In this document: positions 28,982 through 39,358 of the stretch, piece after piece
Layout: each line of letters begins with the position of its first letter
Numbering within the stretch: the first letter of the stretch is position 1
Assembly (NCBI GenBank): GCA_036261915.1
Contig: DATAJX010000002.1
Location: 200,825-264,824, forward strand
DNA from: Alphaproteobacteria bacterium
GTDB lineage: Bacteria > Pseudomonadota > Alphaproteobacteria > UBA2136 > UBA6156
Direction of reading: 5' to 3'
DNA length: 64,000 nucleotides
Notes under the pieces: model-generated
Told to the model about the DNA's origin: nothing
Seen by the model: only the letters and a program-made list of their open reading frames with translations
The model's database searches: none
Made by a program: the position numbers and the translations under genes

Positions 28982-29269
28982 ATGGACCTGATGATGTTGC
29001 TGACGGTTTTTGTATTGGCCGGGTTTGTTGGCTACTTTGTGGTGTGGGGCGTGACGCCCGCGTTGCACACGCCGTTGATGGCGGTGACCAATGCCATTAG
29101 CGGCATTGTGGTGGTGGCCGCCATTATGGTGGCGGGTGTTCCGCAAGGCAGCATTGCCGCCAAGGTTGTGGGCGGCGTGGCGATACTGCTGTGCAGCATC
29201 AATATTTTTGGCGGCTTTGCCATTACACGCCGCATGCTGGCGATGTTTAAAAGCAAGGGGGCCAAGTAA
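28982..29269 (+). CDS. pntAB: NAD(P) transhydrogenase subunit alpha part 2 (membrane helices H2-H4).
   Basis: [39 protein letters not shown]...[19 protein letters not shown] is colinear with the E. coli PntA C-terminus. Confidence 0.85.
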   Translation: MDLMMLLTVFVLAGFVGYFVVWGVTPALHTPLMAVTNAISGIVVVAAIMVAGVPQGSIAAKVVGGVAILLCSINIFGGFAITRRMLAMFKSKGAK

Positions 29270-30657
29270 TGTTGAGCTTTGGTTCGGACGCTGTGTTGTT
29301 GGCGGGTTTGGCTGCCGCCGTACTGTTCATTTTGGGCCTGAAAGGGCTGGCCAGCCCCAAGACCGCGCGGCGCGGCAACCAGTTTGCCATGGCCGGTATG
29401 GCCATTGCCGTGGTGACCCTGCTGTTCAGCCACAACGTGGTGGGCGCGTGGTGGATGTTGCCGGTGATCGCCATTGGCGCGGCCATCGGTATTCCGCTGG
29501 CGACCCGCACGCCGCTGACCGCGCTGCCGCAACTGGTGGCGGCCTTCCACAGCTTTGTAGGGTTGGCGGCGGGCCTTGTGAGCATTGGCACCTACCTGAA
29601 CCACGGCGCCGAGCCGATGGAAGTGCACACCAGTATTGAGCTGGTGGCGGGTGCTGCGATCGGGCTTATCACGTTTTCCGGCAGCATTCTGGCCGCGCTG
29701 AAGTTGCAGGGCGTGGTGAGCGGCAAGCCGTGGGCGTGGAAGGGCCGACACTTTTTGAACCTTGGGTTGGTGATTTTAATTATCCTGTGCGGCATCCAGT
29801 TTTGCATTACCGGCAGCGCGTTCCCGTTTGGTGTGATCGTGTTGGCCAGCACCATTCTGGGTTATACGCTGGTGGCGCCTATCGGCGGTGCCGACATGCC
29901 GGTGATCGTGAGCATGCTGAACAGCTACAGCGGTTGGGCGGCGAGCGCGAGCGGCTTTTTGCTGGGGCTTCCGCTGCTCATCATCACCGGCGCGTTGATC
30001 GGCGCGAGCGGGGCCATTTTGAGCTACATTATGTGCGCGGCGATGAACCGCAGCTTCATTTCTGTGATCGCGGGCGGCTTTGGCAGCGATGCCGGCAGCG
30101 GTGCGCCCGAGCTGGCCACCGGCGGCACCGTGAAGACCGCGGGCGTGGAAGATGCCGCATTCATGCTGGCCAATGCGGGCAAGGTCATCATCATCCCCGG
30201 GTACGGCATGGCGGTGGCGCAGGCCCAGCACGCGCTGAAGGAAGTATTCAACCTGCTGCTGGAGAAGGGCGTGCAGGTCGATTTTGCCATCCACCCGGTG
30301 GCGGGCCGCATGCCCGGCCACATGAACGTGCTGCTGGCTGAAGCCGACATACCTTATGAGCATGTGCATGAGCTGGAGGAGATCAACCCGGCGTTCCCGC
30401 AGACCGATGTGGTGCTGGTGATCGGGGCCAACGACGTGGTGAACCCCGCCGCGCAGAACAGCCCGGGCAGCCCCATTTACGGCATGCCGATTTTGGAGGC
30501 CTACAAGAGCAAACTGGTGTACGTGATCAAGCGCAGCCTGAACCCCGGTTATGCCGGTGTGGACAACCCGCTGTTTGCCATGGATAACACCGCGTTGCTG
30601 CTGGGTGATGCCAAGGACGTGTGCGAAAAGCTGGCCGCTGCCGTGAAGCTTGGCTAA
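29269..30657 (+). CDS. pntB: NAD(P) transhydrogenase subunit beta.
   Basis: 462 aa with N-terminal membrane helices and the dIII NADP(H)-binding region (GYGMAVAQAQH, VIGANDVVNPAA). Confidence 0.9.
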   Translation: MLSFGSDAVLLAGLAAAVLFILGLKGLASPKTARRGNQFAMAGMAIAVVTLLFSHNVVGAWWMLPVIAIGAAIGIPLATRTPLTALPQLVAAFHSFVGLAAGLVSIGTYLNHGAEPMEVHTSIELVAGAAIGLITFSGSILAALKLQGVVSGKPWAWKGRHFLNLGLVILIILCGIQFCITGSAFPFGVIVLASTILGYTLVAPIGGADMPVIVSMLNSYSGWAASASGFLLGLPLLIITGALIGASGAILSYIMCAAMNRSFISVIAGGFGSDAGSGAPELATGGTVKTAGVEDAAFMLANAGKVIIIPGYGMAVAQAQHALKEVFNLLLEKGVQVDFAIHPVAGRMPGHMNVLLAEADIPYEHVHELEEINPAFPQTDVVLVIGANDVVNPAAQNSPGSPIYGMPILEAYKSKLVYVIKRSLNPGYAGVDNPLFAMDNTALLLGDAKDVCEKLAAAVKLG

Positions 30658-30670
30658 GGCCCAAGGCGCA

Positions 30671-30706
30671 AAAAAGCCCCGCGGATTGTGCGGGGCTTTT
30701 TGTTTA
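30671..30706. terminator. Terminator after pntB.
   Basis: aaaaaagccccgcggattgtgcggggctttttgttt. Confidence 0.6.
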
Positions 30707-31003
30707 TGCGGCGAGGGGGATGACCTCGACGCGGATGTCGACCAGTTCGTCGGGCCGGTCTTCGTAGATGGTGGGCGGGCCGAGCTTGTAGCCGAGTTTG
30801 GCGGCCTGGTGCTCGACCTCTTTCCACTGCGGCAGCCTGTGATGGAACATGTTGCGCAGCGAGGTGGTGCCGATGTGGCCCCGGCCCCTGATATTGTGTT
30901 GCAGGCGGCAATGCAGGGCCTGCAGCAGGCGCTGGTAGGGCGTGGTGGGCAGCATGTTGTTTTCCACGTTGGCCTGAACCGGCGGGCGGTAAAAGGTGTG
31001 CAT
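30707..31003 (-). CDS. Hypothetical protein (99 aa).
   Basis: Coding-like third-position GC. Translation starts MHTFYRPPVQANVENNMLPTTPYQRL...GYKLGPPTIYEDRPDELVDIRVEVIPLAA. It lies inside a longer spurious track ORF. Confidence 0.4.
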
Positions 31004-31119
31004 GGGTGTTTCCTTTAAGCGCTCTTTGAACTTTGGGGGCTTATCGGCATGAAGGATAGCGCGGCGGTTTGGTTTGTCTACGCAAAAAGGCCCCGCGGGT
31101 GCGGGACCTTTTGTGTTGT

Positions 31120-31437
31120 TCACCAGGCGAAGGAACTGATGGTGACCTCGGGCTGGTAGATGGCCGGATGCTTGCTGAACTGCTCGGGCAGGTTGATGCT
31201 TTGCCGGAGCTGGTCGTCGACGATGCGGCGTTGCCAGATGATGGTATCGAGCTTGATGCCCTTGCTCTTGACCTGCATTTTGAGGTTGTTGATGTGCGAC
31301 GGGCTGAAGCCATCGGCCGTTTGGGAAATGCAGTAGATGGGCAGCATGTGCTTGCCGTGGCCGACCGTGCCGCAGTGTTCGTTGAGCGCGGCGGCGAGGC
31401 TTGTGATGTTTTGAGGAAACGAGCAGGTTTTTTCCAT
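31120..31437 (-). CDS. Hypothetical protein (105 aa).
   Basis: Strong GC3 codon bias, and its own terminator hairpin downstream (about 31075-31105). Confidence 0.45.
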   Translation of the reverse strand: MEKTCSFPQNITSLAAALNEHCGTVGHGKHMLPIYCISQTADGFSPSHINNLKMQVKSKGIKLDTIIWQRRIVDDQLRQSINLPEQFSKHPAIYQPEVTISSFAW

Positions 31438-31519
31438 GGTGGTTTCTCCCAGAGCATGTACTTGCCATTTATATAAAGCCCTTCAGGCGCAACGGCAAGT
31501 GGTGTGCTACCATGCGGGC

Positions 31520-32179
31520 ATGAAGCATGTGATGGTGGCGCCTTCGATTTTAGCCGTATGGGACCGGACCAACGGCGACTATGCCGCGTGCGTGACTGCG
31601 GCGCAGGCGGTGGAAAAAGCCGGGGCCGACTGGCTGCATGTGGATGTGATGGACGGGCAGTATGTGCCAGCTAAAACCTTTGGGCCCGAGATGGTGGAGA
31701 AGCTGAAAGGGGCGGTGAAGCTGCCGCTGGACATTCACCTGATGGTGAATGCGCCGGAGCGCGTGATTGCTGATTATATTGCAGCGGGGGCGGATCGGGT
31801 AGTGTTTCACCCCAGTGCCAGCGACGATGTAGGCGGCTGTTTGCAGAAGCTGGTTGAAACCGGGGTGGTGGCCGGACTGGCGATTGATGCCGATGAAAAT
31901 GTGTTGCTGCTGGCGCCATGGGTGGATGTGGTTCAGCAAGTATTGGTGATGACGGTGAAGGCTGGTGCGGGCGGGCAGGGGCTGCGCGATGACCTGCTGG
32001 CCAAGGTGGCTGGCGTGCGGGCGCTGGTGGGAAAGGATGTTCCGCTGGTGGTGGATGGCGGTGTGAAGGTGGATAATGCCGCCCGTGTGGTTTCTGCCGG
32101 GGCCGATGTGCTGGTGGCCGGGAGTGCTGTTTTTAATGCGCCGGATGTAGGGGCGGTGATAGGGCAATTGCGGGTGTGA
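31520..32179 (+). CDS. rpe: Ribulose-phosphate 3-epimerase.
   Basis: MKHVMVAPSILA...HVDVMDGQYVP...DGGV: Rpe TIM-barrel motifs. Confidence 0.85.
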   Translation: MKHVMVAPSILAVWDRTNGDYAACVTAAQAVEKAGADWLHVDVMDGQYVPAKTFGPEMVEKLKGAVKLPLDIHLMVNAPERVIADYIAAGADRVVFHPSASDDVGGCLQKLVETGVVAGLAIDADENVLLLAPWVDVVQQVLVMTVKAGAGGQGLRDDLLAKVAGVRALVGKDVPLVVDGGVKVDNAARVVSAGADVLVAGSAVFNAPDVGAVIGQLRV

Positions 32180-32180
32180 A

Positions 32181-32210
32181 AAAGGGCCGCTTGCGCGGCC
32201 CTTTTATTAT
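32181..32210. terminator. Bidirectional terminator after rpe.
   Basis: aaaaagggccgcttgcgcggcccttttatt. Confidence 0.6.
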
Positions 32211-32476
32211 TTACGTTCTGGGAATTTATAGTTTTCGACATACCGTTCTGAAATATCTTTGCTGGCCAGCGCCATAATCCGGTCATGCGTAGCGTCGTTA
32301 TCTTCGCCTTCAATATCGGCACGCATCATACCTGGACCCTTATATGGTGCATCAAGGCGTTTTCGGAGGTTTGCACATTCCAGCAAAGCGGTATTCAGGT
32401 TGTCGCCCCTGAAGCCCATCAGTTCGAGCAGATTCTCAAGTTCCCGTATGCGGGTTTTGTATGTGCTGCAAAACAT
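32207..32476 (-). CDS. Orphan small ORF (89 aa) in a low-GC patch.
   Basis: ORF MFCSTYKTRIRELENLLELMGFRG... in a 350-bp segment whose GC is visibly lower (about 48%) than the flanks. No assignable motif. Confidence 0.3.
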   Translation of the reverse strand: MFCSTYKTRIRELENLLELMGFRGDNLNTALLECANLRKRLDAPYKGPGMMRADIEGEDNDATHDRIMALASKDISERYVENYKFPERK

Positions 32477-32535
32477 AGTGATGCTCCATCGAGAATGATG
32501 ATTATGTATACTTTGTTTGACCGATTTACGCACGT

Positions 32536-32566
32536 AAAAAACGGGCCATCACGGCCCGTTTTTTTA
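32536..32566. terminator. Terminator downstream of groEL.
   Basis: aaaaaacgggccatcacggcccgttttttt. Confidence 0.65.
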
Positions 32567-32581
32567 GCTAGTGGCGTGGGG

Positions 32582-34240
<1,659 letters not shown>

Positions 34241-34558
34241 TTACTTGCTGAGAATGGCGATGAGGTCGTCTTCCTTGAGCACAAGGAATTCTTCGCCATC
34301 AATTTTCACTTCGTCGGCGCCCCATTTTTTGAACATGACGCGGTCGCCTACCTTCACTTCGAGCGCGATGCGCGCGTCGCCGTCTTCGTTCCAGCGGCCC
34401 GGGCCTACGGCCAGCACTTCGGCCTGCTGGGGTTTTTCCTTGGCGCTTTCGGGGATGATGATGCCGGACTTGGTCTTTTCTTCGGCCTCGATGCGGCGGA
34501 CGATGAGGCGATCGCCCAGCGGTTTGATCTTTTTGGAGATATCGGATGAATTTGGCAT
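34241..34558 (-). CDS. groS: Co-chaperonin GroES (with a short N-terminal extension).
   Basis: [25 protein letters not shown]...[33 protein letters not shown]. The Met at 34558 gives [17 protein letters not shown]. Confidence 0.9.
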   Translation of the reverse strand: MPNSSDISKKIKPLGDRLIVRRIEAEEKTKSGIIIPESAKEKPQQAEVLAVGPGRWNEDGDARIALEVKVGDRVMFKKWGADEVKIDGEEFLVLKEDDLIAILSK

Positions 34559-34593
34559 GTTCGTTTTGCTCCTTTTTAATGGCGGGGTGAGAA

Positions 34594-34620
34594 TTAGCAC
34601 TGTAGATATGAGAGTGCAAG
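34594..34620. promoter_or_regulatory. CIRCE (HrcA operator) inverted repeat upstream of groES.
   Basis: TTAGCACTG-N9-GAGTGCAAG compared with consensus TTAGCACTC-N9-GAGTGCTAA (15/18). It is positioned in the groES 5' leader. Confidence 0.75.
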
Positions 34621-34700
34621 TAAAAAAGTTGAAAATGAAGCGGATAGGGCGTTTGATGAGCATTCGGGCACCCCGCTATTGATTTTAAAGGCAATGTGGT

Positions 34701-35462
34701 ATGCAATCGGACACCATGAGCGCGCTGCTGTACGCCGAAAACCTGAACAAGACCTTTAAAGGCCGGGAAGGGCCGGTAATGGCCGTGCGCAACCTGAGTT
34801 TTGCCGTAAAAGCCGGTGAACTGGTGGGCCTGATGGGCCCCAACGGCGCCGGCAAAAGCACCACGTTGCGGCTGTTGAGCGGCTATATTGCCCCCGATGC
34901 CGGGCGCATTGAGGTGGCGGGTTTTGACATTGCCAAGCGTCGGGCGTTTGCCCAGCAGAAGCTGGGGTATCTGGCTGAGCATCCGGCCCTGTTTGAGGAT
35001 TTGACGGCTTATGAGTACCTGGACTTTCTGGCCCGGGCGCATGGCGTGAAGAACATCAAAAAGGCCATTGACGTAGTGGCCAAGCTGGCGCGCTGCGGCG
35101 GGTTTATTCACCGCAGTATGGGCACCCTGAGCAAGGGCATGAAGCAGCGCGTGTTTTTGGCCGGGGCGCTGGTGAACGATCCGCCTGTGCTGCTGCTGGA
35201 CGAACCCACCGACGGGTTGGACCCCAACCAGAAGCATGAGCTTCGGCTGGTGCTGAAGGAACTGGCCAAGACCCGCGCGATTGTGGTGAGCACGCATATA
35301 TTGGAAGAGGCCGAAGCGATGTGCACGCGCGTGATGATCATGAGCCGCGGCCAGCTTTTGATGGACACCACGCCCGCCAAGCTGGCGGCGCATGGGCGGG
35401 GGGATATTCAGATGGCCTTTAGGTTGATGACGCAGAACCGGGGGAACGCCAACGATGAGTAA
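34701..35462 (+). CDS. ABC transporter ATP-binding protein (ABC-2 type).
   Basis: Walker A GPNGAGKST, signature LSKGMKQR, Walker B LLLDEPT. Confidence 0.85.
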   Translation: MQSDTMSALLYAENLNKTFKGREGPVMAVRNLSFAVKAGELVGLMGPNGAGKSTTLRLLSGYIAPDAGRIEVAGFDIAKRRAFAQQKLGYLAEHPALFEDLTAYEYLDFLARAHGVKNIKKAIDVVAKLARCGGFIHRSMGTLSKGMKQRVFLAGALVNDPPVLLLDEPTDGLDPNQKHELRLVLKELAKTRAIVVSTHILEEAEAMCTRVMIMSRGQLLMDTTPAKLAAHGRGDIQMAFRLMTQNRGNANDE

Positions 35463-36150
35463 GGTGTTTAGCGGGGCGGTGTTCCGCCACGAAATGCGGT
35501 TGCTGTTTTTGAACCCGGCCACGTTGCTGTTTTTGGCGTTTGCGTGGGTGGTGGAAGGCTTCATGGCCTTTTACGCCGCCCCGCTTTTGCACATGCGCAA
35601 TGCGCTGGGGCCGCTGGCTTATGTGCCGATGATTTTATGCCTGCTGCTGCCCCTGCTGACCATGGGCATGGCCGATGACGAGCGCAGCGGCAAACTGGAG
35701 CGTTTACTGACGCTGCCCATTGCGCCGGATGCCATCTGGTTCACCCGTTTTTGGGTGTATTGGCTGGTGGTTGCGCTGTTTTTGGCGGGAACATGGCCGC
35801 TGGTGACCGCTGCCGCGCTGGTGGCCCCGGTTGACTGGCTGATGTTGGCCAAAGGTTATGCCGTGGTGTGGCTGGTGGGCGGTGTTCAGCTTGCCTTTGC
35901 TTTTTGGCTGGCGGCCGAAACCGGGCAGGCGGTGGTGGCGTTTCTTTCGGGCTTTTTGCTGAACCTGACGCTGGTTTCGGCCGGCTGGTATTATTTGCGC
36001 GGGTTGCTGGCGTTCTTCCCTGCCGTGAGTTTTCCCACCGGGTTGATGGGCGACGGCTTGGCCCTGTTTGCCATGCTGGCCATGCCGGTGTGGGCCGGGC
36101 TGTTTTATGTGATTTACCGCCGCAAACGCCGCATTCGCGCGCAAGGTTGA
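35455..36150 (+). CDS. ABC-2 family permease.
   Basis: Six predicted TM helices, overlaps the ATPase gene stop. Confidence 0.65.
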   Translation: MSKVFSGAVFRHEMRLLFLNPATLLFLAFAWVVEGFMAFYAAPLLHMRNALGPLAYVPMILCLLLPLLTMGMADDERSGKLERLLTLPIAPDAIWFTRFWVYWLVVALFLAGTWPLVTAAALVAPVDWLMLAKGYAVVWLVGGVQLAFAFWLAAETGQAVVAFLSGFLLNLTLVSAGWYYLRGLLAFFPAVSFPTGLMGDGLALFAMLAMPVWAGLFYVIYRRKRRIRAQG

Positions 36151-36180
36151 TTTATTATTTGAGGGGCGTATAGGTGGGGC

Positions 36181-36753
36181 ATGGAAGACGTGCTGACCAT
36201 CCGCACCGAGCGGACCCCCAACCCCAACAGCCTGAAATATGTACTGGGCCGTGCGCTTGTGCCCGGCGGCAGCGCCAACTTCCCCACACCTGAAAGCGCC
36301 AAGGGCCGCAGCCCGTTGGCCGAAAAGATTTACACGGTGCCGGGTGTGCTGGGTGTGTTCATCGGCCCCGACTTTTTTACCTTGACGCGTGACGAAGGCG
36401 TGAACTGGAGCAGCGTGAACGAAGTGCTGGCCCCTGCGCTGGAAGCCTTTTTTGCCAGTGGCGCCCCTGTGCTGGAGGGCAAGGCCGAAGTGCGTGCGCC
36501 CATGTTCGAGCACAACGAAGCCGATGCCGGGCTGGTAGCCAAGATCGAGGAGCTTCTGGAAAGCCAGGTGCGCCCTGCCGTGAGCCAGGATGGTGGAGAT
36601 ATTGTGTTCCGTGGCTTTGAAAAAGGCATTGTTTACCTTGAACTGCACGGCGCCTGCAGCAGCTGCCCCAGCAGCACGGCAACCCTGAAGGCCGGGGTGG
36701 AGAGCATGCTGAAATTGCACTTGCCGCAAGTCGTCGAAGTCCAGGCCATCTAA
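36181..36753 (+). CDS. Nfu/NifU-family Fe-S cluster scaffold (Nfu_N plus NifU C-terminal domain).
   Basis: N-terminal Nfu_N-like region and C-terminal CxxC motif (GACSSCPSS) with LKAGVE. Confidence 0.8.
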   Translation: MEDVLTIRTERTPNPNSLKYVLGRALVPGGSANFPTPESAKGRSPLAEKIYTVPGVLGVFIGPDFFTLTRDEGVNWSSVNEVLAPALEAFFASGAPVLEGKAEVRAPMFEHNEADAGLVAKIEELLESQVRPAVSQDGGDIVFRGFEKGIVYLELHGACSSCPSSTATLKAGVESMLKLHLPQVVEVQAI

Positions 36754-36902
36754 GCTTCTTATTAGACAAACTGTGGCCGAAATATCGGCCTATTTGTATG
36801 TCAAATGGTGCATCGCACGGCTACTTTTTGGCAAAACCGCCGGGTTGGCGCACTATGTAAAAAACAAGTCTGGGATCAACCAGTGGGAAAAAGGAGTGCA
36901 CG

Positions 36903-37430
36903 ATGCCGGGTAGCCTAGCCGACCGACTGCTGGACCTTGCCGCCGGTTGCCCTGTTGATGCCGCTGCTTACCACCGCTATTCGCTGAACATCCCCCGACT
37001 CACCGCCATGGGAAAAGCCTACCGTGCCGGGTGGCTACACAACGTGTTGCGCCGGATTACACCTTTTACCGCCTACAGCCTTGATGACTATGTGGCGATG
37101 GCCGACCTGTTTGTGACCGATGCCTTTACCGCCCAAAGCATGTTGCAGAAAATGAGCGCCGACCTGAACGCTTTTGCCACGGCGGCGGGTGTTAACCCCT
37201 GTGCGAGCGACGCCGCCGATGCGGAGCACGAAGCTTTGCGTGTGCACTGCGCGCTGTATGGCACCATTGGCAAATTGCTGGGTGAGAAATTTGACCTGAC
37301 GCCGCCTGCGCCCTTTGCCTGCACCGTGCTGGGCCGCAGCCAGCAGGCCGAAATGAATTTTGTTCGCGGGTTTATTGATACCGGTGCGCCCAGACTGCCA
37401 ACCTGGCTGAACAGCGACCCGGACTATTAA
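36903..37430 (+). CDS. Hypothetical protein (175 aa).
   Basis: AAGGAG RBS, coding-like bias, no motif assignable. Confidence 0.45.
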   Translation: MPGSLADRLLDLAAGCPVDAAAYHRYSLNIPRLTAMGKAYRAGWLHNVLRRITPFTAYSLDDYVAMADLFVTDAFTAQSMLQKMSADLNAFATAAGVNPCASDAADAEHEALRVHCALYGTIGKLLGEKFDLTPPAPFACTVLGRSQQAEMNFVRGFIDTGAPRLPTWLNSDPDY

Positions 37431-37500
37431 TTAATAGCGGCCTTGGCGGCTTCGCTTTTAAATAATGGTTTTTTTACAGCGGGCGGGTGACACTAGGCGC

Positions 37501-37911
37501 ATGAAAAACACAAACAACCTCTGGTTTCTGGTACCGCTGGCCGCTGCGGCCGGTGTTGCTCTGGTAGCCCTTTCGGCTTGTACGAGCCCCAAGGCCATTC
37601 AAAACGATTACACCTTTACCCCGCCCGCCGATGAGCAGGGACAGATGTGTGTTGCCAACTGCGCCACCACCCACGCCACGTGCGTGCAAACCTGCGAAAC
37701 CCGCAAGTACAAGTGCAACAAGTTTGAAAGCAAGGCCGTGCGCGGCGATGTGATCGTGAAAGCCGGTGACGACCCTGCCTGCGAAGTAGTGGTGTGCGAA
37801 AATAAGTGCGCCGAAACCCTGAGCGGTTGCTATACCAGTTGCGGCGGGACAGTGACCAAGAACACCACCGTGACCAAGGTGGACCCTACCAAGCCGTTGA
37901 GCGAACAATAG
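37501..37911 (+). CDS. Cysteine-rich lipoprotein (12 Cys in the mature part).
   Basis: Signal peptide plus lipobox LSAC. Paired Cys spacing: CVANC...CVQTC...C, CEVVVC..C....C...CGG. Confidence 0.5.
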   Translation: MKNTNNLWFLVPLAAAAGVALVALSACTSPKAIQNDYTFTPPADEQGQMCVANCATTHATCVQTCETRKYKCNKFESKAVRGDVIVKAGDDPACEVVVCENKCAETLSGCYTSCGGTVTKNTTVTKVDPTKPLSEQ

Positions 37912-37966
37912 GAAGAAAGAACATAAAAAAACGGCAACCAGACAGGTTGCCGTTTTTGTTTGTGGG

Positions 37967-38374
37967 TTACTGCCTGTCGCTGCAAAAGCCGATGGCGTTG
38001 ATGTCGCACTGGCGAATGTTGTTTTGGGCATAACAGCTATCATAAGCAGCCTGTTTGGTAGGGCCGTTGCCCCAGCCCACCGCACCGCGGTTGGCGAGGG
38101 TACTGACAGTGATATAACCGCAGCCGCCGTAGCTCCAGTTACCGACAACGCGGCAATTGCGGCCGCCGTTGCGTTGGCACGAGTTGATGGCGCGGTTCTG
38201 GGCTTCGGCCGCCGACCTGCCGCCGCCGGTGCCGACCGATACATAGTTGGTATCGCCCGATTCCCAGATGCCTGCGGCGGAAGCGCCGTGGGTTTGCGCC
38301 GAGGCGGCAGAAAAAGTCGCGAACGAAACGAAGGCCGAAACAATGCATGTTGCCATTAAGCGGGAGATTTTCAT
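37967..38374 (-). CDS. Secreted DUF4189-like protein.
   Basis: Signal peptide. GxxWGxGxTxxxAxxxAxxxC...C, with two Cys pairs and a C-terminal CSD pattern typical of DUF4189. Confidence 0.5.
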   Translation of the reverse strand: MKISRLMATCIVSAFVSFATFSAASAQTHGASAAGIWESGDTNYVSVGTGGGRSAAEAQNRAINSCQRNGGRNCRVVGNWSYGGCGYITVSTLANRGAVGWGNGPTKQAAYDSCYAQNNIRQCDINAIGFCSDRQ

Positions 38375-38521
38375 GAGGAAACCTCTGGTAGCCTTCCCTC
38401 ACGCCGGAAGGCGGTGGTGGGAAATAACGAGGTTAGAAAACGGGATGCGTGATGGGAAAAACGTATAACGAATAAGGAATTATACGTCAAAGGGGCCTTG
38501 CGGCCCCTTTGGTTATTCAAT

Positions 38522-38541
38522 CTGGCGCGCCCGAAAGGATT
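38522..38541. repeat. Direct repeat copy of the tRNA-Arg 3' end (20 nt).
   Basis: ctggcgcgcccgaaaggatt is identical to 38653-38672 (the 3' end of tRNA-Arg). Each copy is preceded by a GC hairpin plus T-run. Confidence 0.7.
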
Positions 38542-38653
38542 GCCCCAGTGTCTTTATGAAATGGGAAGAATAGGGGATGGGGCGTTCCTTTCGGAATCAC
38601 AAGTGAGTTATAAAAGAAAGAGGGGCCAAACAGCCCCTCTTTCTTTTATAAAC

Positions 38654-38730
38654 TGGCGCGCCCGAAAGGATTCGAACCCTTAACCTTCAGATCCGTAGTC
38701 TAACGCTCTATCCAGTTGAGCTACGGGCGC
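38654..38730 (-). tRNA. tRNA-Arg (anticodon ACG).
   Basis: Reverse complement GCGCCCGTAGCTCAACTGGATAGAGCGTTAGACTACGGATCTGAAGGTTAAGGGTTCGAATCCTTTCGGGCGCGCCA, anticodon loop CTACGGA. Confidence 0.85.
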
Positions 38731-38809
38731 GGAACGAACTTTGCAGTTCGTGGGGGCCATATGGCTTGATGGGTTTGCGCTGTCAAGGCCGAGTTGTTAT
38801 AACTATTGC

Positions 38810-39358
38810 GTGAACCGCACTTATTTATTGGCCTTTGTGGCCGCCTTGCTAGGCCTTTGGGCTTATTTTGCCGCCGGTTGGCCTGCCGCGGCCTGGCTGA
38901 CCGCCATTGCCTGCGTTTTGGTGATGCTGACCGACCATGACCTGCGCACCGGCCTTCTGCCTAATGAACTGACCTTGCCGTTATTGGCTTCGGGGCTGGT
39001 TTTTGCCTCGTATGCACTGGGGATTGGCTGGCAGCAAAGCCTGCTGGGGGCTGTGGCCGGTGGTGGCGTGGCCGGGCTGGTGATCGCGCTTTCGGCCTAT
39101 GCCACCGGCAAGCCCGGTTGGGGCATGGGCGATTTGAAGCTTTTGGCCGCCCTAGGGGCCTGGGTGGGCGGCAGCGGCATTTTGCCGATTGTTTTGTTCT
39201 CCAGTTGTTTGGCGGTGGCCTGGCTGGGCTGGCTGCGGTTTGGCCGGGGCAGACGGGTGCGGCAGATTGCCTTTGGCCCGTTTTTGGCCATTGGCGGGTG
39301 GCTGGTGCTGCTTTACCAGCCCATATTTTGGCAGATATTGATGGAATATAGCCTGTGA
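38810..39358 (+). CDS. Prepilin peptidase (A24 family, CpaA/PilD-like).
   Basis: GWGMGDLKLL aspartyl-protease motif in a polytopic membrane protein. Probable GTG start at 38810. The track ORF starts at 38741. Confidence 0.7.
   Translation: MNRTYLLAFVAALLGLWAYFAAGWPAAAWLTAIACVLVMLTDHDLRTGLLPNELTLPLLASGLVFASYALGIGWQQSLLGAVAGGGVAGLVIALSAYATGKPGWGMGDLKLLAALGAWVGGSGILPIVLFSSCLAVAWLGWLRFGRGRRVRQIAFGPFLAIGGWLVLLYQPIFWQILMEYSL

Noticed and set aside
34621-34700. Sigma-32 type promoter upstream of CIRCE/groES.
   Set aside because: No convincing CTTGAA-N13-17-CCCCATNT match found on the minus strand.
38498-38683. 61-aa plus-strand ORF across the terminator hairpins and the tRNA-Arg 3' end.
   Set aside because: Overlaps structured non-coding DNA (two hairpins, repeat, tRNA).
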